NCBI GenBank assembly: GCA_037445065.1
Contig: JBBILD010000006.1
Span: 1 to 64,000, forward strand
Source of the DNA: Myxococcales bacterium
GTDB lineage: Bacteria; Desulfobacterota; Binatia; HRBIN30
DNA length: 64,000 nt
Reading direction: 5' to 3'
Below are positions 19,650-32,529 of this stretch, in pieces (position 1 is the stretch's first letter; each line of letters opens with the position of its first letter). The notes beneath the pieces were generated by a model. The model saw nothing but the letters and a program-made list of their open reading frames with translations. It did no database searches and was not told the DNA's origin. A program made the position numbers and the translations under genes.

Positions 19650-20573
19650 TCAACCGTTCGCCGCGCTCGGGAACGAGGCGGCGAGCCTTGCTGCCGTGGC
19701 AGCGGCCTCTTGCGCACTCATGCTGGCTGCGCCCGCGGCAAGCAGTGCGGGGTTTTGCCCGCGCCAGGTAAACACAGGCTGGCCGCGTTCGATTGCGTGC
19801 AGAGCCAAGCGTTCCATGAAACCGCCGGGGCGGGCATGAACCACGACCAGCACGTCGGCAAGCGCGGCAACGATTTGGTCGCGCCGGCGGCCGCTGCGCG
19901 CCACACCGTGATCGAACAGGCGAAAAGTGGACAGCGCTAGCGTGTGCTCGGCGCAGTTGCGCTCCGCGCGCGAGCCGCTCAAGGGGTCGCGGTCCAACTG
20001 CGGGCCGAGTACGTGCAGCAAGCCACGATCGAGGACAAACAGGACCGGCGACCCTTCGCAGCGCGCAAGGGTGGCCGCGAGACGGTAGGTTGCTTTGTGG
20101 GAACTGCTCACCAAGGCGAAGCCATACGGCGCGAAGGCGCGAACCAGGGTGGCGAAAGCGGGAAGCGTTTCACTGTTTGGCTCGCGCGAATGCAGCAAGG
20201 CATACGCGGGCCGATTCAGAAGCCGCGGGGAACCGGAGGCGAACAGCATGGCCGCCGGCGGGGAGAGGCGCTCGCGCAGCCGCTCGGGAAAATCCGGATC
20301 GAGAAACGTGGCTCCCCAACCGCCGTGCTCCACGAACTGGTGGGCAAGCCACTGGCACCGCTGGCGGTGCTCCGCTGCGTGCCTTTGCAAGAACTCGACC
20401 GTGGCTGCCCGCAGGCCCCATTCCCTGCGCAGGCGATCGGCGGCAAGCCGGAGCAGGCCCACCGGGTCGAGGCTCCGTTCGCGAGCCAGACGAAGCAGAC
20501 GGAGAAGGGTTTTCTCGCCGACGTGCGGCAGCTCGGACAACAGCAGATGGGCTTCGATCTCTTGCTTGTTCAT
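19650..20573 (-). CDS. Divergent DprA/Smf-like protein
   Basis: N-terminal LPHVGEKT helix-hairpin; [44 protein letters not shown], consistent with the DprA Rossmann domain. Confidence 0.65.
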   Translation of the reverse strand: MNKQEIEAHLLLSELPHVGEKTLLRLLRLARERSLDPVGLLRLAADRLRREWGLRAATVEFLQRHAAEHRQRCQWLAHQFVEHGGWGATFLDPDFPERLRERLSPPAAMLFASGSPRLLNRPAYALLHSREPNSETLPAFATLVRAFAPYGFALVSSSHKATYRLAATLARCEGSPVLFVLDRGLLHVLGPQLDRDPLSGSRAERNCAEHTLALSTFRLFDHGVARSGRRRDQIVAALADVLVVVHARPGGFMERLALHAIERGQPVFTWRGQNPALLAAGAASMSAQEAAATAARLAASFPSAANG

Positions 20574-20632
20574 GCCTTGCGCCCGTGTTAGCGCTGCCCT
20601 TGCAAGCGCGAGCGACTCTCGGAGACCCTCGG

Positions 20633-21481
20633 ATGCGAGACAGCTTCGTTCATCTGCGCGGACTCAAGTTTCACTACGTGGAGTGGGGCGAGGCGCACCG
20701 GCCGGCCATTGTGTGCTTGCATGGCATTACCCAAACCGCGCACAGTTGGGACGAGGTCGCGGGCGACTGGTCGCGGGACTTTCGCGTTCTTTGTCTCGAC
20801 CAGCGGGGCCACGGCGATTCGGACTGGGCACCGGATCACGATTACACGCGGCAGACCCAAGCCGAGGATGTTGCCGCCTTGGTGGAAGCACTGGCACTTG
20901 GCCCTTTCGTCCTGGCTGGGATGTCCATGGGCGGCATCAACGCCATCACCTACACGGCGCGCTCCCCCGGCCTTGTGCGGGCTTTGATCGTCGTGGACGT
21001 GAGCCCGGAGATCAAGCGCGAGGGAGTGGAGAATATTCGCCAATTCATCCAACAGGAGGATATTCTGCCGGACTTCGAGGACTTCGTGGCGCGTGCCCAC
21101 GCCTTCAACCCGCGCCGCTCGCTCGACAACATCCGGGCCCGCCTGCGCTACAACCTCAAGCAACTCCCGGACGGGCGCTGGACCTGGAAGTACGACCCCT
21201 ACTTGCGCTCCCCAGCTCGCTCTTTCGACCCGGCGGGATTGCACGGATTGTGGGAGGAGGTGGCGCGCATTCGCTGCCCGACCTTGATCGTCAAGGGTGC
21301 GGAGAGCGATATCCTCTCCCCAGCAGCGGCATCTCGCTTGCAGGCGGCGATTCCCGGGAGTGAATTGGCGGAAATCCCGGGAGCCGGCCATTCGGTCATG
21401 GGTGACAACCCAGCCGCATTTGTTGCCGCGACCCGCGCGTTTCTGGCACGTACGGGGATCGGACCCGAGCTTCACCAATAG
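20633..21481 (+). CDS. Alpha/beta hydrolase
   Basis: LHG, DQRGHGDS, GMSMGG nucleophile elbow, AGHSV. Confidence 0.9.
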   Translation: MRDSFVHLRGLKFHYVEWGEAHRPAIVCLHGITQTAHSWDEVAGDWSRDFRVLCLDQRGHGDSDWAPDHDYTRQTQAEDVAALVEALALGPFVLAGMSMGGINAITYTARSPGLVRALIVVDVSPEIKREGVENIRQFIQQEDILPDFEDFVARAHAFNPRRSLDNIRARLRYNLKQLPDGRWTWKYDPYLRSPARSFDPAGLHGLWEEVARIRCPTLIVKGAESDILSPAAASRLQAAIPGSELAEIPGAGHSVMGDNPAAFVAATRAFLARTGIGPELHQ

Positions 21482-22152
21482 CCATCCTCCACGAAGCTCA
21501 CGTACCGACCGTGCCCGATCACGATGTGATCGAGCACGCGCACACCCATGATCTCGCCCACCTGCCGCAAGCGGCGGGTAATGGCGATATCCTCCGCGCT
21601 CGGTGTGGGATCGCCACTCGGGTGGTTGTGGACAAACACCACGGCCGCTGCCGCCTCGCGCACCACCGGCTCGAACACATCACGGGGACAAACAAAGGTG
21701 GCGGTCAGGGACCCTTGCGAGACGCGCACGTCGCGGATTTTGCGGTGGCGATTGTCGAGCAGCACGGCGTAAAAATACTCGCGCGGCTGACTCGCCAGGC
21801 GCTCGCGAAAGTGGAGATAAATGTCGGAAGGGGTGCGAAACACAGCCCCCGGCTTGAGTTGCCGCTCGCCGTACCGCTTGCAAAGCTCGACGACCGCGAG
21901 CACCTGAGCCACCTTGGCCGGACCCAGGCCGCGTACTTCCGCCAATTCGCCGCGACCGGCTTGGCCGAGGGCACGCAAGTCCCCAAACCGCGCTAGCAAG
22001 CTGCGCCCGAGATCCACGGCACTCGCTCCCGGCCCTCCCGAGCCAAAAATCACCGCAAAGAGTTCGGCTTCGGAAAGAGCCTCTGCGCCTTGGGTGAGTA
22101 GCTTTTCGCGTGGGCGATCCGCCTCTGGCCACGCAAGAATCTTCCGAGTCAT
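21472..22152 (-). CDS. radC: RadC / JAB-domain protein (UPF0758)
   Basis: DRPREKLL..GAEALS..EL, GLGPAK, HNHPSGDPTPSAED, VLDHIVIG. Confidence 0.95.
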   Translation of the reverse strand: MTRKILAWPEADRPREKLLTQGAEALSEAELFAVIFGSGGPGASAVDLGRSLLARFGDLRALGQAGRGELAEVRGLGPAKVAQVLAVVELCKRYGERQLKPGAVFRTPSDIYLHFRERLASQPREYFYAVLLDNRHRKIRDVRVSQGSLTATFVCPRDVFEPVVREAAAAVVFVHNHPSGDPTPSAEDIAITRRLRQVGEIMGVRVLDHIVIGHGRYVSFVEDGYW

Positions 22153-22159
22153 GTCGGAT

Positions 22160-22187
22160 ATTATATTCTTCAAACAAAAAAAGTCTA
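22160..22187 (-). promoter_or_regulatory. Probable sigma70 promoter of radC (possibly leaderless transcript)
   Basis: Minus strand TAGACT-16 nt-TATAAT-7 nt-ATG; no SD. Confidence 0.5.
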
Positions 22188-22342
22188 GCTACTATCTCTG
22201 CCTGTATAGATCGATTGATGCGGTGCTCCGGCGCCGGGCTTCACTCCGACCCCTTGCCTCTTTCCGTGCCCGCGCCGTAGAAAAGGAGTTCGTTGCTCTG
22301 TGCCCGAGAGCGAGTCGAGAAACAGAGAAAGGAAGAAAGCGC

Positions 22343-24736
22343 ATGAGAGGGAGCTGGGTGACGCTGGTCGCCGCCTTGTACGTGTTGGCCTTGGTCGGGT
22401 GTGGTTCGGATGGCGAGCCGCCCGGCACTGCGAGTCTGCCGGGTGGGGCGAATGCGTGCGGCGAGCGGTGTGTGATCCTCTCCCCCAGTGAAGATGACCT
22501 GGAGACGATCCAGCGCGCGCTGATCGAAGCAAAGCCCGGGGATACGATCCTCCTGCGCGCCGGCCGCTACGAGCTTTCCGGACAGCTTTCCTTGGACGTG
22601 GACGGGGTCACGATACGCGGTGAGGGCATGGACCGTACCATTCTTTCCTTTCGGAACCAGGTCACTGGCGCCGAAGGCCTCCTGGTGACCGCGAACGACT
22701 TCACCATCGAGGACCTGGCGCTCGAAGACAGCCCTGGCGATCTTCTCAAGATTCTCGGTGGCAACAACATCACGATTCGCCGCGTGCGCGCGGAGTGGAC
22801 GCGCGGTCCGGATACGAACAACGGTTCCTACGGGTTTTACCCGATCGCGTGTACCAACGTGCTGGTAGAGGACTCGGTCGTGCGCGGCGCGTCCGACGCT
22901 GGCATCTACGTCGGCCAGTGCCACCAAATCATCGTGCGCCGCAACCACGTGTATGAGAACGTGGCTGGCATCGAGATCGAAAATTCCACCGATGCCGACG
23001 TGTATGGTAACCTAGCCACCAACAACACCGGCGGGATCTTGGTGTTCAACCTACCTGGGCTGCCCTTTATTGATGGCCGGCGCACGCGCGTGTTCGACAA
23101 TGACATCATCGGGAACAACCAGCCGAACTTCGCGCCGCGCGGCACCACGGTTAGCGCGGTGCCGCGCGGCACCGGCCTCATGATTCTGGCCAATGACGAG
23201 GTCGAGGTCTTTGGCAATCGCTTTCGGGAGAATGGCACAGCGCAAGTGTTGATCATTAGTTACAACACGGCCGCCATCATCGGCGGGCTGCGCGGCAACG
23301 ATCCGCGCTACGACCGCTACTCGGAGTCGCTGTTCGTGTACAACAACCAGTACGAAAACGGCGGCGCCAATGCGGATCCGGACACCGCTAGCTTGTTGGG
23401 CCCGATTACCGGCCTGCCACTGCCCGACATCATCATTGATGGCTTCGAGGACAGCCGCAAATACGTGGACGGCCGGCTGCCGGACGACCTGCGCATTTGC
23501 ATCCAGGATCCTGGAGCGCGCCTGTTCAACGTGGACCTGCCTGCCTTCGGAGCGCAGGCCAGTGGCGACCCGTCCGCGTACGACTGTCGGCGCCCGTTGC
23601 TACCGCGCGTGGTGTTGCCGGGCGTGCCGGAAGTGCCACCGTCGCCGCTGCCATTTCCTTCGCAGCCGCCTGCGACTCCCACTCCAGTAGGTTCGGTGGA
23701 GGAAACGCGTTGCACGGTCGAGCCGGGCGAAGGTGTGAACTTCGACGTCAACGAGCCGCCCTGCGAGTTGCTGTCCAGTTACCGCTTTTTCGTGGGCGAC
23801 ATGAAACAGCTCGTACCCAACCGCAACGTGGTGCCCTACGACCTCAATACCCAACTCTTCTCGGACTACACGAACAAGTACCGCTTCGTCTACCTACCTC
23901 CGGGCACGCAAGCGCAGTACGACCCATGGAAGGCGTTTGAGTTTCCGGTCGGCACGGTCATCATCAAGAACTTCGCTTATCCGCTCGATATGCGCCGGCC
24001 TCACGACGGGGACGTGCTGTTGGAGACGCGCCTGCTCATCCACCGCGAGGATGGGTGGATTGGCGTGCCGTATGTTTGGAACGAGGAGCGGACCGAGGCG
24101 CGCTTGCGTGTGCTGGGGACTCCGCTGCGGGTGTCAGCCATCCAGCGCAACGGCGAGCGGGCAACCTTTGACTACAATGTGCCCAACGCCAACCAGTGCA
24201 AGGAGTGCCACCGCGAGTCGTTCAAGAATACGGGTCCGGTCGGAACAAAGGCGCGCCACCTGAACAAGCTCTATCCCTATGCAAGCGGCCCGGAAAACCA
24301 GCTTGCCTACTGGTCGCGGATCGGAATTTTGCGCGGTGCCCCGGCAGACGTGTCCCAGGCGCCGCGTGCGGCGGTGCTCGAGGACCCGCAAAGCGGTTCG
24401 CTCGAGGAGCGGGCGCGCTCGTACCTGGATGTGAACTGCGCGCATTGCCACAACCCGGAAGGCTCTGCTCGCACCACCGGCCTGTACCTTGGGATCAGCG
24501 AGACAGAGCCCATTCACCTGGGGATCTGCAAATCCCCGGTGGCAGCCGGTCGGGGCACGGGCGGCTTTGCCTACGACATCGAGCCGGGGCGGCCGGACCG
24601 TTCCATCCTTCTCTTCCGGATGATTTCCCTCGACCCGGGCATCGCGATGCCGGAACTCGGCCGCCGGCGCGTGCACGAAGAAGCAATCCAGGTGATTCAC
24701 GATTGGATCGCGTCTTTGCCCGGATCGTGCGATTGA
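22343..24736 (+). CDS. Lipoprotein: parallel beta-helix domain fused to an SO2930-like diheme c-type cytochrome
   Basis: Lipobox LVGC; beta-helix motifs GASDAGIYVGQ, NVAGIEIENS, NNTGGILVF; Pro-rich linker; PYDLNTQLFSDY..KYRF; CKECH and CAHCH; MPELGR. Confidence 0.85.
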   Translation: MRGSWVTLVAALYVLALVGCGSDGEPPGTASLPGGANACGERCVILSPSEDDLETIQRALIEAKPGDTILLRAGRYELSGQLSLDVDGVTIRGEGMDRTILSFRNQVTGAEGLLVTANDFTIEDLALEDSPGDLLKILGGNNITIRRVRAEWTRGPDTNNGSYGFYPIACTNVLVEDSVVRGASDAGIYVGQCHQIIVRRNHVYENVAGIEIENSTDADVYGNLATNNTGGILVFNLPGLPFIDGRRTRVFDNDIIGNNQPNFAPRGTTVSAVPRGTGLMILANDEVEVFGNRFRENGTAQVLIISYNTAAIIGGLRGNDPRYDRYSESLFVYNNQYENGGANADPDTASLLGPITGLPLPDIIIDGFEDSRKYVDGRLPDDLRICIQDPGARLFNVDLPAFGAQASGDPSAYDCRRPLLPRVVLPGVPEVPPSPLPFPSQPPATPTPVGSVEETRCTVEPGEGVNFDVNEPPCELLSSYRFFVGDMKQLVPNRNVVPYDLNTQLFSDYTNKYRFVYLPPGTQAQYDPWKAFEFPVGTVIIKNFAYPLDMRRPHDGDVLLETRLLIHREDGWIGVPYVWNEERTEARLRVLGTPLRVSAIQRNGERATFDYNVPNANQCKECHRESFKNTGPVGTKARHLNKLYPYASGPENQLAYWSRIGILRGAPADVSQAPRAAVLEDPQSGSLEERARSYLDVNCAHCHNPEGSARTTGLYLGISETEPIHLGICKSPVAAGRGTGGFAYDIEPGRPDRSILLFRMISLDPGIAMPELGRRRVHEEAIQVIHDWIASLPGSCD

Positions 24737-24784
24737 AGAACGCGGCAGGACGCGCTCTCGGACGGAGGTGAGGAGGGAGTTCTC

Positions 24785-25024
24785 ATGGGCTTGATCGGAC
24801 GCGAGATTTTGACGGAAGAGCAAGCCTCACCCAATTACCGGATGCGCGAGGTTCGTTTGCGGCGCACGGGAGAAGTGCTGTGGGAGGTGATTGACGGTAA
24901 CTCTGGAGTGGTGGTGGTGACGGGGTTAGCCCAACGGGAAGAAGCGCTGCGCGTGGTGCGCGCCTGGGAGCGGTTGAGCCAGCGCTTGCCAGGAGGGCTC
25001 GAAGGGCACGTGGTGACGCACTGA
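24785..25024 (+). CDS. Hypothetical protein (79 aa)
   Basis: SD GGAGGGAG; fills the gap between co-oriented genes; plausible composition. Confidence 0.6.
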   Translation: MGLIGREILTEEQASPNYRMREVRLRRTGEVLWEVIDGNSGVVVVTGLAQREEALRVVRAWERLSQRLPGGLEGHVVTH

Positions 25025-25032
25025 GCAAGAGG

Positions 25033-25800
25033 GTGCAGCGCGTGCAGCTAAGAGTCAGGCGGGGTGCCGCCTTAATTACGGGAGGTGGCTCGGGCATCGG
25101 GCGAGCGGTGTGCTTCGAGCTTGCCCGTCAGGGCTGGCCCGTGGCGGTGCTCGACATTGACGCGGGCAAGGCAGAGCAGGTTGCCGGCGAGGTGTGTGCA
25201 GGCGGGGGCAGTGCGCATGCACAGGCGGCGGACGTGAGCGTCGAGGCCGAAGTGCGTACGGCGGTGGCTGCACTGCGCTCGCAGCTCGGTGCACCCATGG
25301 CGGTGCTCGTGCACGCTGCGGGGATTTGCACCTTCGCTCCTCTTGCCGCGCTTTCGGTGGAACTCTTCGACCGCACGCTGGCGGTGCACTTACGGGGCGC
25401 CTTCTTGTGCGTGCAGGCTGTGGTGCAGGACATGCTCGACCAGCAGTGGGGGAGGATCGTAGCCATTAGCTCGGTGGCTGGCTTGAGCGGGGGCGGACCG
25501 GCCATCAGCCACTACGCTGCTGCCAAGGCCGGTCTCGTTGGCTTCACCAAGGCGTTGGCGCTCGAGCTGGGTCCGGCGAACATCACCTGCAATGTGGTTG
25601 CCCCTGGGTTGATTGACACACCACTCGTGCGTGCCGCAGGGCTCAGCGAGGAAACCCTGCGCGAGATGGAACGCCGCGCGCCGCTCAAGCGGATTGGCCA
25701 GCCGGAAGACGTCGCCGCTGCGGTCGGTTACCTGGTTTCCGAGCAGGCAAGCTTCGTCACCGGGCAGGTGTTAAGCCCGAACGGCGGCGTGTATCTGTAA
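25033..25800 (+). CDS. SDR family oxidoreductase (FabG-like)
   Basis: TGGGSGIG, HAAG, YAAAK, NVVAPG, TGQVL. Confidence 0.9.
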   Translation: MQRVQLRVRRGAALITGGGSGIGRAVCFELARQGWPVAVLDIDAGKAEQVAGEVCAGGGSAHAQAADVSVEAEVRTAVAALRSQLGAPMAVLVHAAGICTFAPLAALSVELFDRTLAVHLRGAFLCVQAVVQDMLDQQWGRIVAISSVAGLSGGGPAISHYAAAKAGLVGFTKALALELGPANITCNVVAPGLIDTPLVRAAGLSEETLREMERRAPLKRIGQPEDVAAAVGYLVSEQASFVTGQVLSPNGGVYL

Positions 25801-25823
25801 GAGCGAAGCCGGGCTCACGCTTT

Positions 25824-26027
25824 TCAAGGCTGCTTTTTTTGGGCCCGCCGCGCGCTCCGTAAGGCGGCCGCGCGTAAAGCGCGCAGCGCCCGCCGCTCGA
25901 GACGTGCCACTTCGAACTCTGTGCAACCGAGCGCCGCCGCCGCCGCTTGTAGTTGTGCCACCCGCCCGCGGCTCCCGTAGCGTAACAGCAGGACCCATTG
26001 CTGTAGCCACTCCAGGTTTTGTTCCAT
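25824..26027 (-). CDS. Small sigma70 region-4-like HTH protein (67 aa)
   Basis: Purine-rich GGGGAGAG before the ATG at 26027; VLLLRYG...LGCTEFEVARLERRALRALR matches the sigma4 pattern. Confidence 0.55.
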   Translation of the reverse strand: MEQNLEWLQQWVLLLRYGSRGRVAQLQAAAAALGCTEFEVARLERRALRALRAAALRSARRAQKKQP

Positions 26028-26559
26028 TGGCTCTCCCCGCAAGAATCTCCCCCCTTGAGGCTGAGATTGTTCGTGCATGCCGTGCCGGAAGCAAGAGCGG
26101 ATTTTGATCGCGCTGTGGCCGAGCGAAGCGACACAGCTTTGTTTTCTGAAGTGCACGGTAATTACCCGCTTTCCGGCCGAAACGGTCATTTTGCCGCTTC
26201 CACGGGCTCGCCCTTTGGCGAGACGGCCGCCGCGAACCTCGCCGGAGACTTTACAGAGGTACGCGATGGCTCGGAAAGTGGAGGCGAGGGAGCGGAGATC
26301 ACGACCCCCTTTTGTCTCGCCCCCGATAGCCAAGCAGCTTCGACCCGGTACTGTGTTGTCTACTCGCTCCCCAGCCTGGCCAGGGCCCTAGCGTGGACAC
26401 GTGGCGCAAGGCGGTTGCGATGACGTACACGTCCATGCCCACGGACGTGCATGGCACGCCCTTTCCTCAGCAGTTGTTCTGTGAAGAACGTTCGTGCTGG
26501 GGAGGCGGGCGAAGACGAGCCAAAAGCGAAGCGGGAAACATCCACAGGATGCACCTCGA

Positions 26560-28155
26560 AGCAGGATCGTCGCAGCATGAACAGCAACACGAACCAGCCG
26601 CATGCGGTCGGGCCGCCTGCTCGATCGTGCCGGTACGTCGATCGCGCGCGATGATGCCCGACGCGGTGGGTCCACCAGCGACTGATGAAATCGAGTTCGC
26701 ACCAACGTCGTGTGCGCCCGAGAGGCGGGGGGCTTCTGCCTAACCGCAAGCGCGAGGGGCGGATGGAGCCGGTGTATCCCCGCGTCGAGTGCACGCTGAT
26801 GAAGCGTGGGAACCGGTTTGGGACGGTGGCGTACTCACAGGTGTGTCAGCCTACCGATCCTCTGCTGCTCCTTGGCGGTCGCGGGCTCGGCCGAACGGGA
26901 AGGGTACGGCCTGTGGAAGCAGCGGCATCCCTACCCTCGCCAGGGCCAAACAGGCTGCGGAGCGTGACCCTGCTTTCCCAAAACCGCTGCAGGAAACGGA
27001 ACCCTGGGATCAACCTCGGATCGGCCGGCAGATGAACCTGACGGGTCGTGACGCAGAGACCACCGGAATCGAATAGACCGCTTGTCCCTCCGGCGATCGT
27101 TCTCGACGTTGGTGAGCAGCACGGACTCGGTCCGGTCGCTGCGGGAAACTGTATCGGACCTGGCGTCGCGGCTGGTCTTTACGGAACTCCGCCATTCGGG
27201 CAGGCCAAAGACGGTGCCATCGCAAAAACCGGTGATCACCGGGCGCCCAATGGTGAGGGCGGGACAGGGCGCTGGCAAGGTTGACAAGCCTGTTTCCCTC
27301 GCCTGTGGGCGGGCTGTACCGAAAAGGACACTTGCAGGCCATACTCCGCCGCATTGGCGATGGGTTGGGGAGGTTCGAGACTTGCACCCCAACGGAAGCG
27401 GGCCGCCACCCAAAAGGTTGCCCATGGCTACCTCTGGAAGGCTGCTACCTGGCTACCTCGTGAGCTGTTCCGGCGAGACCATGGCCCCCGTGGCGTCGGT
27501 TATGGACTTCCTCGCCGACAGGAGGGCTCCGGCATCGAGCTGTCCGCAGAGAACCTGGACCTTCGCTGGTTCGGACAGGACTGGCAGGTTGCGATACGTC
27601 CACACCGTGCCATTGCGCACATCAGGCGGAGGCAAGGACGATACGAATCCCAACTTGGCCGGCGTGGTTGTCCGAATCCACTTCGACATCGCCGCCCTGA
27701 GCGATTGGGCTGGGCACGTAGCCCGGGGCGTGTCGCGACCGTGATCGTGTACGTGGCCTCGCCATTAGCGGGTATCGCCCCGTCGAAGCTCGCGTCGGGC
27801 AACTGGTTGTCGAAGAAGTACACACCGTTCACATCGGTCAGGGTCTTGAGGACGAGAGAGGTTTCATCACCTGGATACGAGATCGTCAGCGTAACCTCGA
27901 CGCCGGAGATGCCGACCTTGCTGCCTCCATCCCGAATGAATGCCATCGTTCTCGAGGTTTAGCCGCACGAAACCGCTCAGCGCCGCGGGAGTGTCGTAAG
28001 ATCCGAAGCCTGCAGTGGCATTGTTGGTTCCAGCAGTGAGGACGACCGTGTATGGAATGCTCTGGCTGTTGTTGCCCGAGCCAGGGTTGGGACCGACTGA
28101 CTTCCCAGCACCGCCGAGAACGTTGTTGTCATCGGTCACGTTGACATTGAATGCC
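26560..28155 (-). pseudogene. Frameshifted remnant of an SdrD-B/Cna-B-like surface protein
   Basis: Successive fragments in different minus frames: TAGFGSYDTPAALSGFVRLNLENDGI; GISGVEVTL..TLTDVNGVYFFDN..TYTITV; YVPSPIAQGGDVEVDSD. Boundaries are approximate. Confidence 0.6.
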
Positions 28156-28285
28156 CGCCGGGGACTCCGCGTGCTGCCGCTTTTGCTTCGGCTACCTCGT
28201 GACCGTCGCCTTGGGTTGGAGGAGAGGCAGAGGGCCGTTCCCACAGCCGCCGGCCACCCGTGGGTTTCGTTGAAAGCGTCAACAA

Positions 28286-31202
<2,917 letters not shown>

Positions 31203-31209
31203 AGCTCGT

Positions 31210-32358
31210 TCACTCCGGCAATGTGTTCATGAGAACGCTTTGCGCCGCGCCCACCCCCCGGCCCAGTTCCACCGGGTGCCCGAACTTGCGCAGTGCCATT
31301 TCCAGCGCAGCGACCGCCATGATGGTGTCGAACGTGTCAATGTATCCGAGATGGGCGATGCGCACGATCTTGCCTTTGAACTGATCCTGGCCGCCCGCAA
31401 ACGTGACCCCCATCCGGTCGCGCAGGTAAGCGACGAGTTTGCCGCCTTCGATCCCGGGCGGCACGTACACGCCAGTGACCGCCGGACTCGGGTGCTCTGG
31501 TGCCACCAGCGCCAGACCCAGCGCCCTGGCGGCTGCGCGCGTGGCCTCCGCCTGCCTGGCCTGACGGGCAAAGGCCTTGTGCAAGCCCTCTTCGCGCAAC
31601 ATGGCTAGCGCTTCGCGCAAGCCGATGATGAGCGAGATCGCAGGCGTCCAAGCAGTGGTGTCCTTGGCAAGATTCTCCCGCTCTTTGGCAAGGTCGAAGT
31701 AAAAGCGCGGCAGGCGCGCGCTCTTGGATCGTTCCCAGGCGCGCGGGCTCAGGGCGACAAAGGCGAGACCAGGGGGCAGCATCAAGGCCTTTTGCGAGCC
31801 GGTGACCAGCACATCGATGCCCAGGCGATCCATCGGCAGGTCGTACACACCCACCGCGGTGATGCCATCCACGATGAGCAACGTGTCCCGTTCTCGGGTC
31901 AGGCTGGCGATCTCAGCCACGGGATGCACGGCGGTAGTCGAGGTTTCGCTCGCTTGGAGGAGGACGCCGCGGGTATGCGGGTGGCGTTCGAGAGCTTCTT
32001 GAACCGCCGCAACTTCGACCGCGTGGCCCCACTCGACCCGCAGTTCGTGTACCGTCAGCCCGAAGCGCGCGGCGATTTTGACCCACCGTTCTCCGAACTT
32101 GCCGCCGTTGACCACCAACACCTCTTCGCCAGGCGAAAACAAGTTCGTTACGGCTGCCTCCATCCCACCCGTCCCGGACGAGGCCAGCATGAGTACGTCT
32201 TGCTCGGTTTGAAAGAGCCACTTCAAGCCTTCTTTGGCTTCGGCAAAAATGCGGCTGAACTGTGGCGTGCGGTGGTGGATGAGGGGCTGGGCCATGGCCA
32301 AGAGCACGCGTGCCGGAACCGGGGTCGGCCCCGGCGCCAACAAGTAATTCTTGATCAT
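31210..32358 (-). CDS. Class V PLP aminotransferase (serine-pyruvate/alanine-glyoxylate family; probably phosphoserine aminotransferase function)
   Basis: LAPGPTP, SSGTGGME, ETST, GSQKALMLPPGL, RIAHLG; adjacent to serA. Confidence 0.9.
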   Translation of the reverse strand: MIKNYLLAPGPTPVPARVLLAMAQPLIHHRTPQFSRIFAEAKEGLKWLFQTEQDVLMLASSGTGGMEAAVTNLFSPGEEVLVVNGGKFGERWVKIAARFGLTVHELRVEWGHAVEVAAVQEALERHPHTRGVLLQASETSTTAVHPVAEIASLTRERDTLLIVDGITAVGVYDLPMDRLGIDVLVTGSQKALMLPPGLAFVALSPRAWERSKSARLPRFYFDLAKERENLAKDTTAWTPAISLIIGLREALAMLREEGLHKAFARQARQAEATRAAARALGLALVAPEHPSPAVTGVYVPPGIEGGKLVAYLRDRMGVTFAGGQDQFKGKIVRIAHLGYIDTFDTIMAVAALEMALRKFGHPVELGRGVGAAQSVLMNTLPE

Positions 32359-32402
32359 CGAATTTCCTCCCGCGAACGAACCTGAACGTGTTCAGCTCAG
32401 AG

Positions 32403-32478
32403 GCCCAGGCGCGCGGCTCACTGAGGGTCAGCACTCCCCCGTGGTCACTTCCACGTCGAGGCGCCAGTCGTGCAGACC
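32403..32478 (-). ncRNA. ZMP/ZTP (pfl) riboswitch
   Basis: Minus strand GGTCTGCACGACTGGCG...GTGGAAGTGACCACGGGGGAGTGCTGACC-linker-GCCGCGCGCCTGGGC matches the pfl-motif consensus (GACUGGCG, GUGG/CCAC, GGGAG, GCCG..CGCCUGGGC). Confidence 0.88.
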
Positions 32479-32493
32479 AAAGCTGTGGCCCCG

Positions 32494-32522
32494 CTGATAG
32501 TCGAGCGCTGGGAAGCTGTCAA
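32494..32522 (-). promoter_or_regulatory. Sigma70 promoter upstream of the ZTP riboswitch
   Basis: Minus strand TTGACA-17 nt-TATCAG. Confidence 0.6.
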
Positions 32523-32529
32523 CTCAGGC

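Noticed and set aside
21472..22152. radC considered as a mobile-element marker
   Set aside because: It is the full-length chromosomal type with an N-terminal HhH region, and no integrase or other mobility genes are nearby.
26150..26260. Possible c-di-GMP riboswitch upstream of the sigma4-like ORF
   Set aside because: Only a partial 3' resemblance; the GGCAAA...GAAA...GACGCAAAG core is missing.
26452..26468. TGGCACG sigma54-like site
   Set aside because: The -12 GC is absent and no credible gene lies downstream.
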